DNA from: Azolla caroliniana
Taxonomy: Eukaryota > Plantae > Polypodiophyta
Length of the DNA stretch: 64,000 nt
Direction: 5' to 3'
Assembly (NCBI GenBank): GCA_043228905.1
Contig: JBHGNT010000005.1
Coordinates: 23,374,001-23,438,000, forward strand
Under the pieces are notes generated by a model. It was not told where the DNA came from, made no database searches, and saw only the letters and a list, made by a program, of their open reading frames with translations. Positions 23,301 to 36,094 of this stretch are shown piece after piece. The number at the start of each line of letters is the position of its first letter. The first letter of the stretch is position 1. A program made the translations under genes and the position numbers.

Positions 23301-24848
23301 CCACAAGAGGTTGAATTTGATCTATGGGAGAGAACCATGTCAAGGATAAAATCTGGGATTGTTTCATGTTTATGATTTCAATAAGATGGTGTATATCACT
23401 GACTAACAACCTAAAGAAGAACTCTAAAGAATCTCTATCTTGAAAAAATATATAGTATAAGAAACCTTGAGAAGAACATGTATATGAATTTTGTCATTTT
23501 TATTGATTCAATTGTCTAAAGAGTTTAAGAAATGAACCCATCCTTAGAAGTCCATCACCATCAATTCAACCCATTTTCTCTGACATCTTCTATAGATTCC
23601 CTACCAATGTAGTAAGCATAAAAAATGTTGTCCCTTATCCACATTGTAAGCATTAACAAGATGCTCCCTAGCTATTGGTTAAACACTCTTGTTCAGTTTT
23701 GGAGGAAAATTGAAAATCTTAATTTTGGTTTCGTCACTTTCCTCGCTATTTAAAGTCTACGATTTTATCCTAAGGAAATGCCATATCTTTCCTTCAGTGC
23801 TCTACGCTTATATGGACAAACTCCTCCCACGTTGTCTTGAGAAAATTGCATTAGACATCAAATTGCAAGAATGAGTTGTTTGTAATGAAAAATGCATATT
23901 TGGCTTTGTGATATATGTCTAGTTGACTCATTTTATCATATTGAATCATGCATAGTATGAATACAAATAAATTGTTATTACATTCTTCGCCTTACGAGGA
24001 AAATATTTAGAGCCCATTGTGCATGAAATGAAGTTTACAATTCAATATGTGTTTTAAGGTTTGGAAGTTTGATTTTGGACATTATGGATCAATCATTGTT
24101 ACGAGGATGACCATAATTTATCGCGTACCTATCCTGGAGTAAGTTGTATCGTAGTATTCTATACACGAGGATAAAGTGTGAGGGTTAATCGAGAGTATAA
24201 AAAAAACAGTATTACTTTTAATTCTATTAATTGAGACAATCTATAAGGGCCAAGTGTGAACTTGCTTGTGGACCTTAGCTCTAGCTATAAATATGAGGTC
24301 TAACCATTATCACGATATGGTGACATCAAATACATAGTTGACGAGTATTGAACTTACAACCTCACATGAACAAGATGTCATGCTTGACCATTTTATATAT
24401 AATACTTTTGTATTGTATAGTCTAACATATAATAAATTTCAAAATCAAAATATTCTAGTTGTTAGTATACTCTAGAAATATTATATTGTATATTCTACAT
24501 GAGTACATTCTAAAGATATTTAATATTGAAACTTGTATAAATACTTATAACTTCCTTAATTCCATTCAAGGGATTCAACGCCAATCATTAACACATCAAT
24601 CTAGTATTCTTGTTCCATTACATTTTGTGTCATTCTTCATCTTTGTCTTCATGCTCTCCATAGCTCCCTAAGCTCATAGTCTCATCACTCACAACTTCTA
24701 GAGTTCCTAGCCTCATCACCTCTAGTTCTACGTTCATCATCCATGCTCCATCATAGTTTACGGTTGGTGTGTTTGTGATAGTTTAAATCCCTTTGAACCA
24801 TCACAAGTTGCTTCCAAATATGAGACAATGCATTTCTATTCACATACA

Positions 24849-25293
24849 ACCGGGTAGACACGGCAAGAAAAACGAACAACCGGACCGAACAAACGACTAG
24901 AGGGCCGAACGACAACCGAACAGACATGGCCAAGGTGGATAGAGATAACGACGTAATGAAGAGGAGCGACGGTTGAACAAGCCGAACAAGCGGCGATGGA
25001 GCGGCAATCGGGGAATGATCGAACAACGACCGGAGTGGCCAGATTGCCATTGAATAGCAGCCAGAAAGAAAAACGAACGACCGGGTAGACACGGCAAGAA
25101 AAACGAACAACCGGACGGGACAAACGACTATAGGGCCGAACGACAACCGAACAAACATGGCCAGGCTGGATAGAGATAACGGCGTAATGAAGAGGAGCGA
25201 CGGTTGAACGAGCCGAACAAGCGGCGACGGAGCGGCAATCGGGGAGTGATCGGACAACAACCGGAGTGGCCAGATTGCCATTGAATAGCAGCC
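24849..25293. repeat. 231-bp tandem duplication in purine-skewed internal DNA
   Basis: accgggtagacacggcaagaaaaacgaac recurs at 24849 and 25080; ORF-track repeats are offset by 231. Confidence 0.88.
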
Positions 25294-28200
25294 GGAACAG
25301 TGATGATGCCAAAACAATGGGCCAGGCAACCGATAAAGACAAATAGAACAGAGACCGACACCTACGGGGACAAAGCGGCGGACAGGAGGCCGAAAAGTGG
25401 TGACGAAGTGGAGACCGAGCGAACGAACGAGATGACGGCCAAAGAAACGGACAAACAAAGAGTCGGCCGGAGAACGAACGGACAACCGAACAGATGGTCA
25501 AAACTACAATGGTCGAACGGTGCGATCGGAGTGGCCGAGACGGAACTGGAATGGCCGGGCAACGATCGAAGCAGCCAAACAATAGCCGGAGAAACAGACA
25601 GACGACAGGGACGACGGATCGAACGCATGGCCGGAACGCTGAAAAACGACGGGCCAGACAACCGGAATGACATGGCCGAACAGTGGGCGGACAACGGCGG
25701 CGACGACCGGAATAGTGACGGACAGAGGAGCGGCGACAACAACCAGATGGGCCAAACAAAGATAGCAATGGTGGAGCTGGAGACCGAGAGCGATGGAGAA
25801 GGAGAAGGAAATGAAGAACACAAGAAAGTGGAGAGAAACAAGAAAACGGTGAGCCAAGTGAGAACAAGAAATAGAGAAAGAGAAGAAGAAGAAAGAAGGA
25901 GAAAGAAGATACAGACACACAGAAAAGCAGCAAAACGAGAGGAAGTAGTAGAAAAACAGAGATGATTCCATGAAGAAGACACGCGCACAGACAAAAACAT
26001 AAACTTGAAGGAGGAGAAGAAGATGCAAGAAAGCGCAAAAGAAGAAGAAAAAGAAATAGACCTAAAATAAAATTGAAAGAGAGAGTGGGGAAAAAGAGAA
26101 AAAGCAGGGCATACACAGAATTTTAAAAATTGCAGGGGTATTGGGTAGAATGTTTTTTAAAAGACTCTAGGGGGTACATAGTAAAATTTTAAAAATTAGA
26201 GGGCATCACCAAAATCTTGAAATCCCGTGACTACTCACACAAAATCAACGAGAGGAATAATACACATACACACAACGTTTTTAAAGACCCGAAAGATGAT
26301 ACGACAGTTCGTGTGCCGACAGAACGAGATGTTCGTGTCGAGGAAGATTCTCTGACCGAAGGAGATGTTCGAGTCAAGCGTTTCGAGCCAGGGAGTCGAT
26401 CGATGAGAAGGTCGATGAAGTTTTCTATTTATTAGAGATGATCAAGGCATGTGGGATCGACGTGCAAGGCACTGTCCCACGGGCCTGCCATAATGTGTTA
26501 CCATACGATATGTACATAGAGTTGAGTGAGGGTGAAAAGACTTAATGTTGTTGTTTGTATGTGTAATGTATACGATTATGAGTGTGAATATATACGTATG
26601 TAAACACATGCACACGTTGTCGCGGTATTCCGTGTGCACGCGTCGAAAGGGGCAGGACCATTGGGGTTTCAGACGAGGAAGAGATAGATGTCGGGAGATC
26701 GACTCTCTCCGGTCCTAGTTGCACAGGTTGTGGCGCAAAACCGGAGCGATTTCGGACGTGTACCGAAAGCTATCGAACGCGAGAGAGGGAGAGAGAGAGA
26801 ATACGTGCAACACCGACTCAACACACACTACTTATGTACAAGAAAAGGAAAGAAGAAACTCTAAAGATGCATACACAGACACAGATGCACAAAACTTCAC
26901 TATATATGTACAAGAGTAAGATACAACCCTGGCTTCGAGTCGGACTAAGGTAGGTTAGGTTACAATAGCAGTCTGCTGCCAAGCCGCCGATCGGGGAGCT
27001 CTCGAGCTCGTCGCGCCGAGCGGGCGCTTGCACAGGAGACCGAGTAGTAGCAAACCCCACTAGACATACAAGCCCTTCACCAGACTTGTAAAGAATCAGA
27101 TATGATTCTTGTGAAACGGAAGAGATGTGAGTTATATGTGTATGTGTGAGAGAAGAGAGGAGTGGAGAGAAACACAAGATAGATAAGAGGCAATATGAAG
27201 TACTCAAGAAGAAGAAGGAGATGTATATTAACAAGTAGAATATGAGATAAAAAATAGCGTTACAAGGAGTCACAACCGGCTTAGTATGAAGTATGACGAG
27301 GGTGCTTTATATAGAGTCACCCTCTCTCTTCATTAACTTACAACAACCACTCTCTCTCTCTTGGGGAATGTGAAGACTCATAGTCATAGGGAATATGTAA
27401 CTCATTAGTTATCTGTCATAGAATATGATTCTATGACACATAGTTAATGTGTAGAGAGTAGTGGTGTGACTCTTGACCTTTGAGTAATCATAGATTCTCA
27501 GAATGTACGCTCACACGTTGTGCTATGTTGAGCTTGATTCTCAACACGCCCCCTCAAGCTCAACTCGGGTTGGTTCCTTTCGATTGATGTCTGCTTCGGT
27601 TGGTATCCGGTTTGGACGATCTCCGGTGTTTGCTTCGGCTCGTACCCGATTTGGACGGTATCCGGTTCTCACTTGTACTCCCCCTCAAGCTTGGCAAGTC
27701 AGGGATTGTCAATCCAAGGTCTGACATGAATTGCCGAAGCTTGTCGGTTCCTAAGGCTTTGGTGAAGATGTCGGTCGTCTGAAGATTCGTGTTGATGTGT
27801 TGAAGGTCGACATCTTCGGCCTCTACGCGCTCTTGAATGAAGTGATATTGCACTTCGATATGCTTTGTGCGTGCGTGGAACACCGGGTTCCGAGCCAGAT
27901 ATATATTGCTCATGTTGTTGCAGTAAAGGGGAGTCGGATCCTTGATGGGAACGCCTAGATCCTTCAAAATCCTCATGAGCCATACGGCTTCACATGCAGT
28001 TACGGTTGCGCCCCTGTATTCTGCCTCCGTACTCGAAAGAGTGACGGTAGGCTGCTTCTTGCCACTCCACGAAATCGCTTCGCTGCCGAGGGAGAAGACA
28101 AATCCGGAGGTTTATCGTCGATCGGCTTTGTAGCCAGCCCAGTCCGCGTCTATGTACCCTTTGAGTCGTATTGGTGTGGCCGATGCGTAGAGAATGCCGT

Positions 28201-28721
28201 AATCCATTGTTCCGCTCACATATCGTAATACTCGCGTAGCGCAATCAAAATGGATATCTTGCGGAGTTTGCATGAATTGGCTAAGGAGTCTGACCGGATA
28301 ACTAAGGTCGAGTCGTGTGATCGTGAGATAGATGAGACTCCCGATCAGTTGTTGATATTGAGTTGGATCACACTCGTTCGTGTTGGAGTCGGCATCTAGT
28401 TTGAGGTTTCTATTGAGAGGTGTAGCGATCGATTTGCACTCCGTCATCCCGAACTTGTATAACAAGTTGAGAGATCATAATGCCGGCCAGAATCCAAATT
28501 ACTTCGATGCCAAGGAAGTAATGGAGCTCCTTCATGTCCATCATCTCGAATTTTCTGGAGAGGAGGGACTTGACCTTGTTGATGTCGACTAGACTTTCAC
28601 CTCCAATGACCAGATCATTCACGTATAGGATGATAACAATTAAGCTTCTAGAGTCGTGTCGTACGTAGAGGGAATTGTCAGATTTCGACATTTGAAAGCC
28701 GATTTGATGAAGATATTGCGT

Positions 28722-31700
28722 TGTCGCGTTATTACGCACGTGCGTGTAGAACGAGGCGGGACCATGGGGGTCTTGGACCGAGGAACAAGAGAGCAGCAGG
28801 GGAGCAAGAAAGACAACGGCCATGCTTCGCACACACACAAATACACAGAAACTGCAACCGATTGAAACAAGATGAATGTGTGTATGTATATATATATATA
28901 TCAGATGAAAGGGGTTACAACCGGCGGGCTGGTGAGCGACAAGCTTTGACGCCTACACGCACACACACACATAGACGCGAGATGGAGACTCTGCCGGAAG
29001 CACTTGGGCGTTCCGCGGAGCAGAGTCAGCCTCCCGAAAACTTGCACGACGCAAATACAGAGAAAGACGGAGGAGAAGAGCTCGGTCCCAGTCCGGCAAC
29101 AGTTCATCCTCGACAAAAAGCGATCCTTCCACAATACCTCTCCCTCTCTTTTATAGCCCAAGGAGGGAGGCCGTTACAACCCGTTACATCTTCTTTATTC
29201 TCCGTCCTTTCGGATAGAGATATGCCTTGATTTCCTACCTACCAAATCCGTGCGACCTAGAATATTCACATCAGCTGACTGGTACCTAAATATGTACATT
29301 ACAACAAAACTTGTGCCCACGTGTAAGGCCGGTTCGCGCACATCATTCTCCGATTCCGCTTAGGGACGGTTTTCTCCACGACATCCGCCCCCACATAACC
29401 GCGCATCCACCGGTATGCGCCAAAATAGACTCTTGCCAGAGAAGACCGGCTTGCGCTTACCCATCGTCCTCTAGATCGCCGTTCGCTCCGAACCGGTCGT
29501 CCTCTATTGCCATCCTCGTCCCGTCAAGCTCCGCAAGATGGTAGGTCCCTTTGTCGTTGGCGCTTGTCACCACGTAAGGCCCGAACCACCTCCTTGCGAA
29601 CTTCCGCATCGCCTTGTGCTGGTTGTCGAGGCTGCTGTCATATACCAGAACCCAGTCGCCTTCCTTGATTTTCTTCGGCCTTAGTCGGTGAGTCCGGTCG
29701 AATCATCCCTTGTTCTTTACCCTCGGGCCCGTTCCACATCCTCTGGTCTTCGCTCAAGCTGTCGGATCCACGCTGCTAATAGCTCCTCCCGGCTCATCTC
29801 ACCTCTCTAGTCCACCGTGGCCCATTAGGAGATTGTTCGCTCCATCGGCATGACCGGCTTCTGTCCATACATCAGCTCCTCCGGCATGAACCCGGTTACC
29901 GAACTGTGCGTAGTTCGGTCGGCCCACAACGCATAGGGTAAGAGCCGTGGCCAGTTTCCGACTTGGTCTCCACATGCCCGCACTAACGCTTTGACGATCG
30001 GCCTGTGCTCGCGTTCCACCTTCCCGTTCACCTCCGGATTGTACGCCGTGGTGAGCGAGAGTTTAACCCCTAGCCGGCCAAACAGCTCTTCAGCCTCCTG
30101 CGCGTCTAGTTCTCCGCGGTCGGCTACGATCTTTCCTACGCACCCGTACCGGCATACCACTTCTTCGATTAGAAATTGGCACACGACCGCAGTTGTTTTG
30201 TTCGGCAACGCTCGACCTTCCACTTGGTTCGTCAGTTCCTCTCGAGCTAGCACTAGATATCGCATCTGCCCTACCCCCATCGGCATCGTCACCAGATCCA
30301 CCATCCACTTGAAGTGGATGGTTGGAGGGTAGGTCTGGTGGAGCTTGTCCTGATGTCGGACTATGGAGTGCATTTGACAGCTTTCGCAAGCTGTCACGAA
30401 CCGATGCACGTCCCGGTATAGTCCTGGCCACCAGTACTTCCCCTTCAGCTTCTTGAATGTGGCCCACGTCTCGCTGTGTCCGGCCTAGGGACTCTCGTGG
30501 TACGCCGTTAGCAGTTCCACCTGTTCCTCTTTCTTTGCCACAACCCAGAGCGGGATGTCGTTTATCTTATGCACCCAACCCATAGGAAGAATCGGTACGC
30601 TTTCTTCCGAATTTGGTTGGTCTCTTCCTTCGTCCACGCCACATCTGGTGTCATTGTCTTCAGGAACCCGCTGATCTGGAGCCACTCCCCGTCGTACTTG
30701 CTCTCGTTGAACTCACTAAGCTCCAGAGTGCTCCCCTTCCTTGTTGTTACATAAGCCGTCTCAAAGAAGTCCACGCCGACTTCTTCGTCCTCCGAAACCA
30801 TGTCGTCCTCATCATTGAATCTCGCCCTCGAAAGCATGTTGGCCATGGCGTTGTCCTTTCCGAAAATGTGTCGTATTTCCGGATTCAGGGACTTGATGTA
30901 CGCTATCCACCTGAGCATTGCCAGGTCCGGCGTCGTGCATCCGGTAACCATACCGAGAAGCGGCAGGCAGTCCGTCTCAATTATCACCTCCGTCCCAATT
31001 AGGTAGTCCTTGTCGGCCTTGACCGCCGAAACGATACCCCAGAGTTTGCATTTAACTTGCGCGTACCCTCATTGTCGTTTACTGAGGACTTTCACGCCGA
31101 ACCGGATGGGGAACCTCATGCTATTCTCATCCTCCTAGTTGATCACCCATCCGATTCCAGTCGGACTCGTGTCTACGGTCACGTAGACTGGAATGTCTTT
31201 ACCATAGACCGCTTTCCAGAGTGCCGGTGCCCCAACAAGTGCTTCCTTCATTTTCCGGATTGACTCCGTATGCTCCTCTCTCCACTCGAATTTACGCCCT
31301 TTCTTCAGCAGTCCATAGAGCGGCTCCGCGACGTGGGCGTAATGCAGGATCCAGATATGGTAGAATGCGCATGCTCCCAAGAATCTCCAGACTTCCGTGA
31401 CTGAATTGCAGTCGCGCTTCATCGCGGAGATGGCCTCTACCTTGGCTGGCGATGGCTTCCGACCGAATGGCCCGCATAGGTGCCCGACGACCATGATCTC
31501 CGATTGCCTGAAGGCTGATTTTTCCCCGGAGAAGGTGAGCCTCGCGCCTTATGCTCTTTTCAGCACCTTCTCGCAGTCATGGACGTGGCCCGCCACAAAT
31601 TTCTGGCATCCGTCCGGTCTGATTGTCTCGTCCTTATCCTCCACCGGGCATCCTTTGATCGGGATGTCGTCTAAGAATGGCATGGTGATGTCTGGGATAC

Positions 31701-34700
31701 AATCCCTTAGCACTTTGTTCATTACGTTCACCATGTGGGCTACCGAGTTCGTCCCTCCTTGCGGAAGGGTACACATCCGTACTAGGCCGAGAGGAGTCTG
31801 CATCGTCATATTGTCCCTGCTCTCCACCGCTAGTTGAAACTGATCGTATCCTGAGTACAGATCACCGACCGAGTAAATTGAACTTCTGGCGAAAGCCTAC
31901 CCGAACTTGTCTATGGTCGGTCCTATTCCTGCGTTCCGAATGGTCACCTTGTTGACCGGTTGCAGGACTTGAATGAAGCCCAACGTGCCGTTCTTCTTGG
32001 GCACAGTAAACCATCGATTAGAATACGGGGCACTCGACGGTTCGAGGATGCCCATATCCACCTTCTGTTTCAGCAACTCCATCAGCTTCGGGATGTGAGC
32101 TCTGGGTACTGGAATCGGTTTGAGATTCCACGGTACATGCGGTACTGTGACGATCACCATCGGTTCCACAATCGTCGGGTCTACGCACCCGATCTCCTCC
32201 GACGAGAATGCGAAGGCCTTTCCGTGCCTCCCGAGCATTCTCCGAAACTGGTCCTCCGCCAGTAGTAGAAAGCCACCCCCCACCGACCTTGAGCTCTCGT
32301 AGCGTTATGTCGGTGAACCGGTGTCCTATGCCGGTCGGATATCGTAAACTCGGGTCCGACGTGACCCCTTTCATTTGTAACTCGCTGCCCTCCAGCATGG
32401 GTGCCGCAACTGGCGAGACCTTCCGGTCCACAGTCTTGTACTTCGTGTCCACTTGGGCCGTTTGATCCGACTCGAGTCCTCTACCAAAGTCGGCGATGAC
32501 TTTGTACATCTTTTCCGAACATACCGGAATCGTCCGGTCTTCACTAAGGCCCTCTCCAAACACCTCCCGTAGCTTCCCCAAGATGTCGTCGAAGGAGACT
32601 GCCTCCACGGCTCCATTGATTTCCTCTCTGGGGCCGAGGACTCCGCATGCTCTGAGTCGCTCTTCTGCCCGCTCCTTCTCCCCTTTCTAAAAATCCCCTC
32701 GACTTTCGCCGCCGAGGGTCTCTTGGTTCTGTTCATGGTTCGGCCGTACCGTCAGAAACTGGACGGAGTGACGCTCGTCCTAGCTTTTGACTCGCGCGTA
32801 CACCAAATTGTTGTCCAACACCTTCGTCTCCATTCGTGCCGTTGTGATGTACAGTTCCTCGAGTATCACCGGGTGCGAGGATCTCTCCTGCACAAAGAAG
32901 TGTTGATCGATCTCGACATCACTGATTTTCACTCGTACATTCGGGTAGGCTCCGTGTAACTCCTCCGTGGCGCGCGTTGCCGCTCGTATTTTCCACCCGT
33001 GCTTGGAGTTGATCGGCCACTTGCCCTTCTTGTAAAAGTCCATGGACATCAGGTTGATTTCCGAACCATGGTCTACCAACGCCACCACCGACTCCTGGAC
33101 ATCTCCGATCTTAACAGGGGTCTCCGTAGTGGCTCTGGCCCAATGTAGCCTCGAATAGTGGCTTTCCGCCAACTCGTCTTCCAGGGCCATGTCTTCTAGG
33201 TGCGTCGTTCGCACCTCCACTGGCTTCTCCGACTTCGGCTCCGTCGAAAGCCTTTTTCGCTTCACCAAGTCTACGATGGAGTCGTGGAACTCCTTCTTGG
33301 TGATCCCGAGCACTTCCCTCAGTGACAACTCCACTTTGTTGTCGAGGATCCGTTCCTCCAGGACGTTTCGATCTCCGTGCTCAACCAGTAACCGACCTTC
33401 TTGGCTTTATCCGGTGCGCCGGGTGCACCGGTGTCATTTTGCCTCAGCCCGAACCGGGTCTCATACCGTTATGAGGGTCCAGCCCCTCCGGTTTTTCCCG
33501 CACGCTTCTCTTCCATCAGAACCTCCTAGTTTTGGCACGCGGCTTCTACAAAGCCCATCTTTTCTTTGACCGGGTCACTCCACCTGGTTACCTCTTGAAC
33601 CCGTCTTTCCGCATGGTCCACTTCCTCTTTCCTCAATCGTACACCGACGAGGCCTTCTAGCATCAATGGCCAGAACCCGGAGTCCTTCGTCTTCCGGACT
33701 TCGTCGTTCCCGACCCGGATTCCTACCGACACCGAGTAGTGGACAGTCTCTGTGTGGCGAGCCGCCGCTTCTTCCATCAACCGCTTCATTCCCCCTCGTC
33801 CGACGTTCAGTTCAAGGGCTCTCCTGGTTTCGCTAGCGTGTACCCGCCTGTTCCACAGGTACACCACGTTAGACCTTATCGCTTCGGTGAAATCCCCGCA
33901 GTCCTTCCGGGCGTGGCCGACCACGTCACACCACAAGCACCGATGCCTGGCCGGAGGCCTTTGGGTATGGGCTTGCTCGCCGCCGTCCCTCCATGCTTGC
34001 GCAATCTGGAGGTCCCTCACCATCTGAGTCAGCTCCTCTAGAGCCGCACCTCCAGATGGGCCCTTAACCACACCAGTCGAAGTCGAGCCGGTCTCAAGCC
34101 AATCTCGGGTCTCCTCCCTTCGCGCCAGTGGGGGTACCTCGAGCTTCCTTCCTGTAACAGAGCCTGCCCCCATCGAGCTTTATCGACCCATTCTCGTCGT
34201 TTGTCGAAATGGCCGTAGACTCTCTTCACCACGGCCTAGTTGGCCATCAGCCCGTTGTCGGTCTCTAGTAGGAGGCCCACTTGCTCCCGGTCCCTCACGT
34301 CCACCGATTTAACGAACAATAGGACACGAATTGTGTCCAGTACGGTCCTGTCCAACGCCGAAAGATGTGCGAAGCGTTCTTCAAACTCATGGAGGAGCAC
34401 GGACGCGTTTCTCCCCTTTTCGGGGGTCTCCACCCATTCCATGAAGTCTCGCTTCGATAGCCAAAGTGCGTCATCAAGCTTGTATTTCTGAAGGAGCCGA
34501 CCTTCAAACTCTTCCTAGGTTCGGCTCTCAGTTCGTACCTCGAGCACCTCCGCATGGATGCCCGACGTTGCCACCCGAGGGAATCCGACCAGTCGCCTGT
34601 CCTCCGGAATGTCCCTCATCACCATTTCGGCTCGATAGGCCTCCAAATAGCTCGTGGCGTCCTTTCCACCGAACCGGCCTATCGTGCAGACGATCGCTTC

Positions 34701-35500
34701 AATGGCCCTATCGAGGGTGCTTGTGCCTTCACGCGCACTTACTATCCGATCCACAGCTGAAGCCATGGCTTTTGCAAGCTCCGATCCCCTCATCTTTCTA
34801 TTCCTCTGCCGCCTTTTCACGTCGGGTTCACCAATTATGTCGCGTTATTATGCGTGTGTGTGTAGAACGAGGCGGGACCACGAGGGTCTTGGACCAAGGA
34901 ACAAGAGAGCAGGAGGGGAGCAAGAAAGACAACGGCCGTGCTTCGCACACACACAAATACACAGAAACCGCAACCGATTGAAACAAGATGAATGTGTGTA
35001 TGTATATATATATATATCAGATGAAAGGGGTTACAACCGGCGGGCCGGTGAGCGACAAGCTTTGACGCCTACACGCACACACGCACACAGACGCGATATG
35101 GAGACTTTCCCGGAAGCACTCGGGTGTTCCGCGGAGCAGAGTCAGCCTCCCGAAAACCTGCACAGCGCAAATATAGAGAAAGATGGAGGAGAAGAGCTTG
35201 GTCCCAGTCCGACAACACTTCTTCCTCGACAAAAAGCGATCCTTCCACAACACCTCTCCCTCTCTTTTATAGCCCAAGGAGGGAGGCCATTACAACCCGT
35301 TACATCTTCTTTATTCTCTGTCCTTTCAGATAGAGATATACCTTGATTTCCTACCTATCAAATCCGTTCGACCTAGGATATTCACATCAGCTGACTGGTA
35401 CCTAAATATGTACATTACAACGAAACTTGTGCTCGTGTGTAAGGGCCGGTTCACGCACATCATTCTCCGATTCCGCTTAGGGATGGTTTTCTCCACGACA
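28722..35500 (-). mobile_element. Element C: full-length degenerate Trp-primed Ty3/Gypsy inserted in the RT of B
   Basis: LTRs 28722-29383 and 34838-35500; TSD GCGT; Trp PBS 34816-34833; gag-PR (32687-34793) and pol (~29390-32696) homologous to A but with many stops and frameshifts. Confidence 0.94.
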
Positions 35501-36094
35501 GCGTAATCTTCGAATGCCAAGCACGCGGTGCTTGCTTGAGGCTGTAGAGAGGCTTCTTGAGTTGGTATACGGCTTTTGGATGAATGCGCGATTCGAAGCC
35601 GGGTGGTTGTACCATGTACTGTAACACCTCCTCGTCTAATTCGCCTTGAAGAAAGGCGTTCTTGACATTCATTTGGTGGAGGTGCCACCCTTTCGCCGCT
35701 GAAAGTGCGATCACGGTCCGCACAGTCGTCATCTTTGCCACGGGGGCAAAGGTCTCTTCGTAGTAGATTCTATGTTGTTGCGCATATCCTTTCGCTACGA
35801 GTCAAGATTTGTAGCGATTGACGGAGCCATCGGCATTATACTTGACCTTGTAGATCCATCTACAACCTATCGCCTTCTTGTGCGATGAGTGGGGAACGAT
35901 ATCCCATGTGTCGTTCTTGCGTAGTGCCCGCATCTCCTCGTTGCTTCGATCCATCACGGGTCCTTCGCGGCTTCGGAAAAGAATTCCGGCTCCCGTACTG
36001 TTGCGACCTTCATCATAAAGGTGTAATGGTATGCCATATACTCATCGTAGCCAAAGCGGCTTACGGGGTTCTTTTCACGGGTGGATCAGTGTAG

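Noticed and set aside
20900-24300. Possible decayed transposase sequence downstream of CHX
   Set aside because: No supportable ORF, TIR or TSD without a homology search.
24751-26116. Long ORFs (426, 244, 221 and 212 aa), possibly env-like
   Set aside because: They arise from strand-skewed low-complexity and duplicated DNA that is open in several frames; no domain motifs seen.
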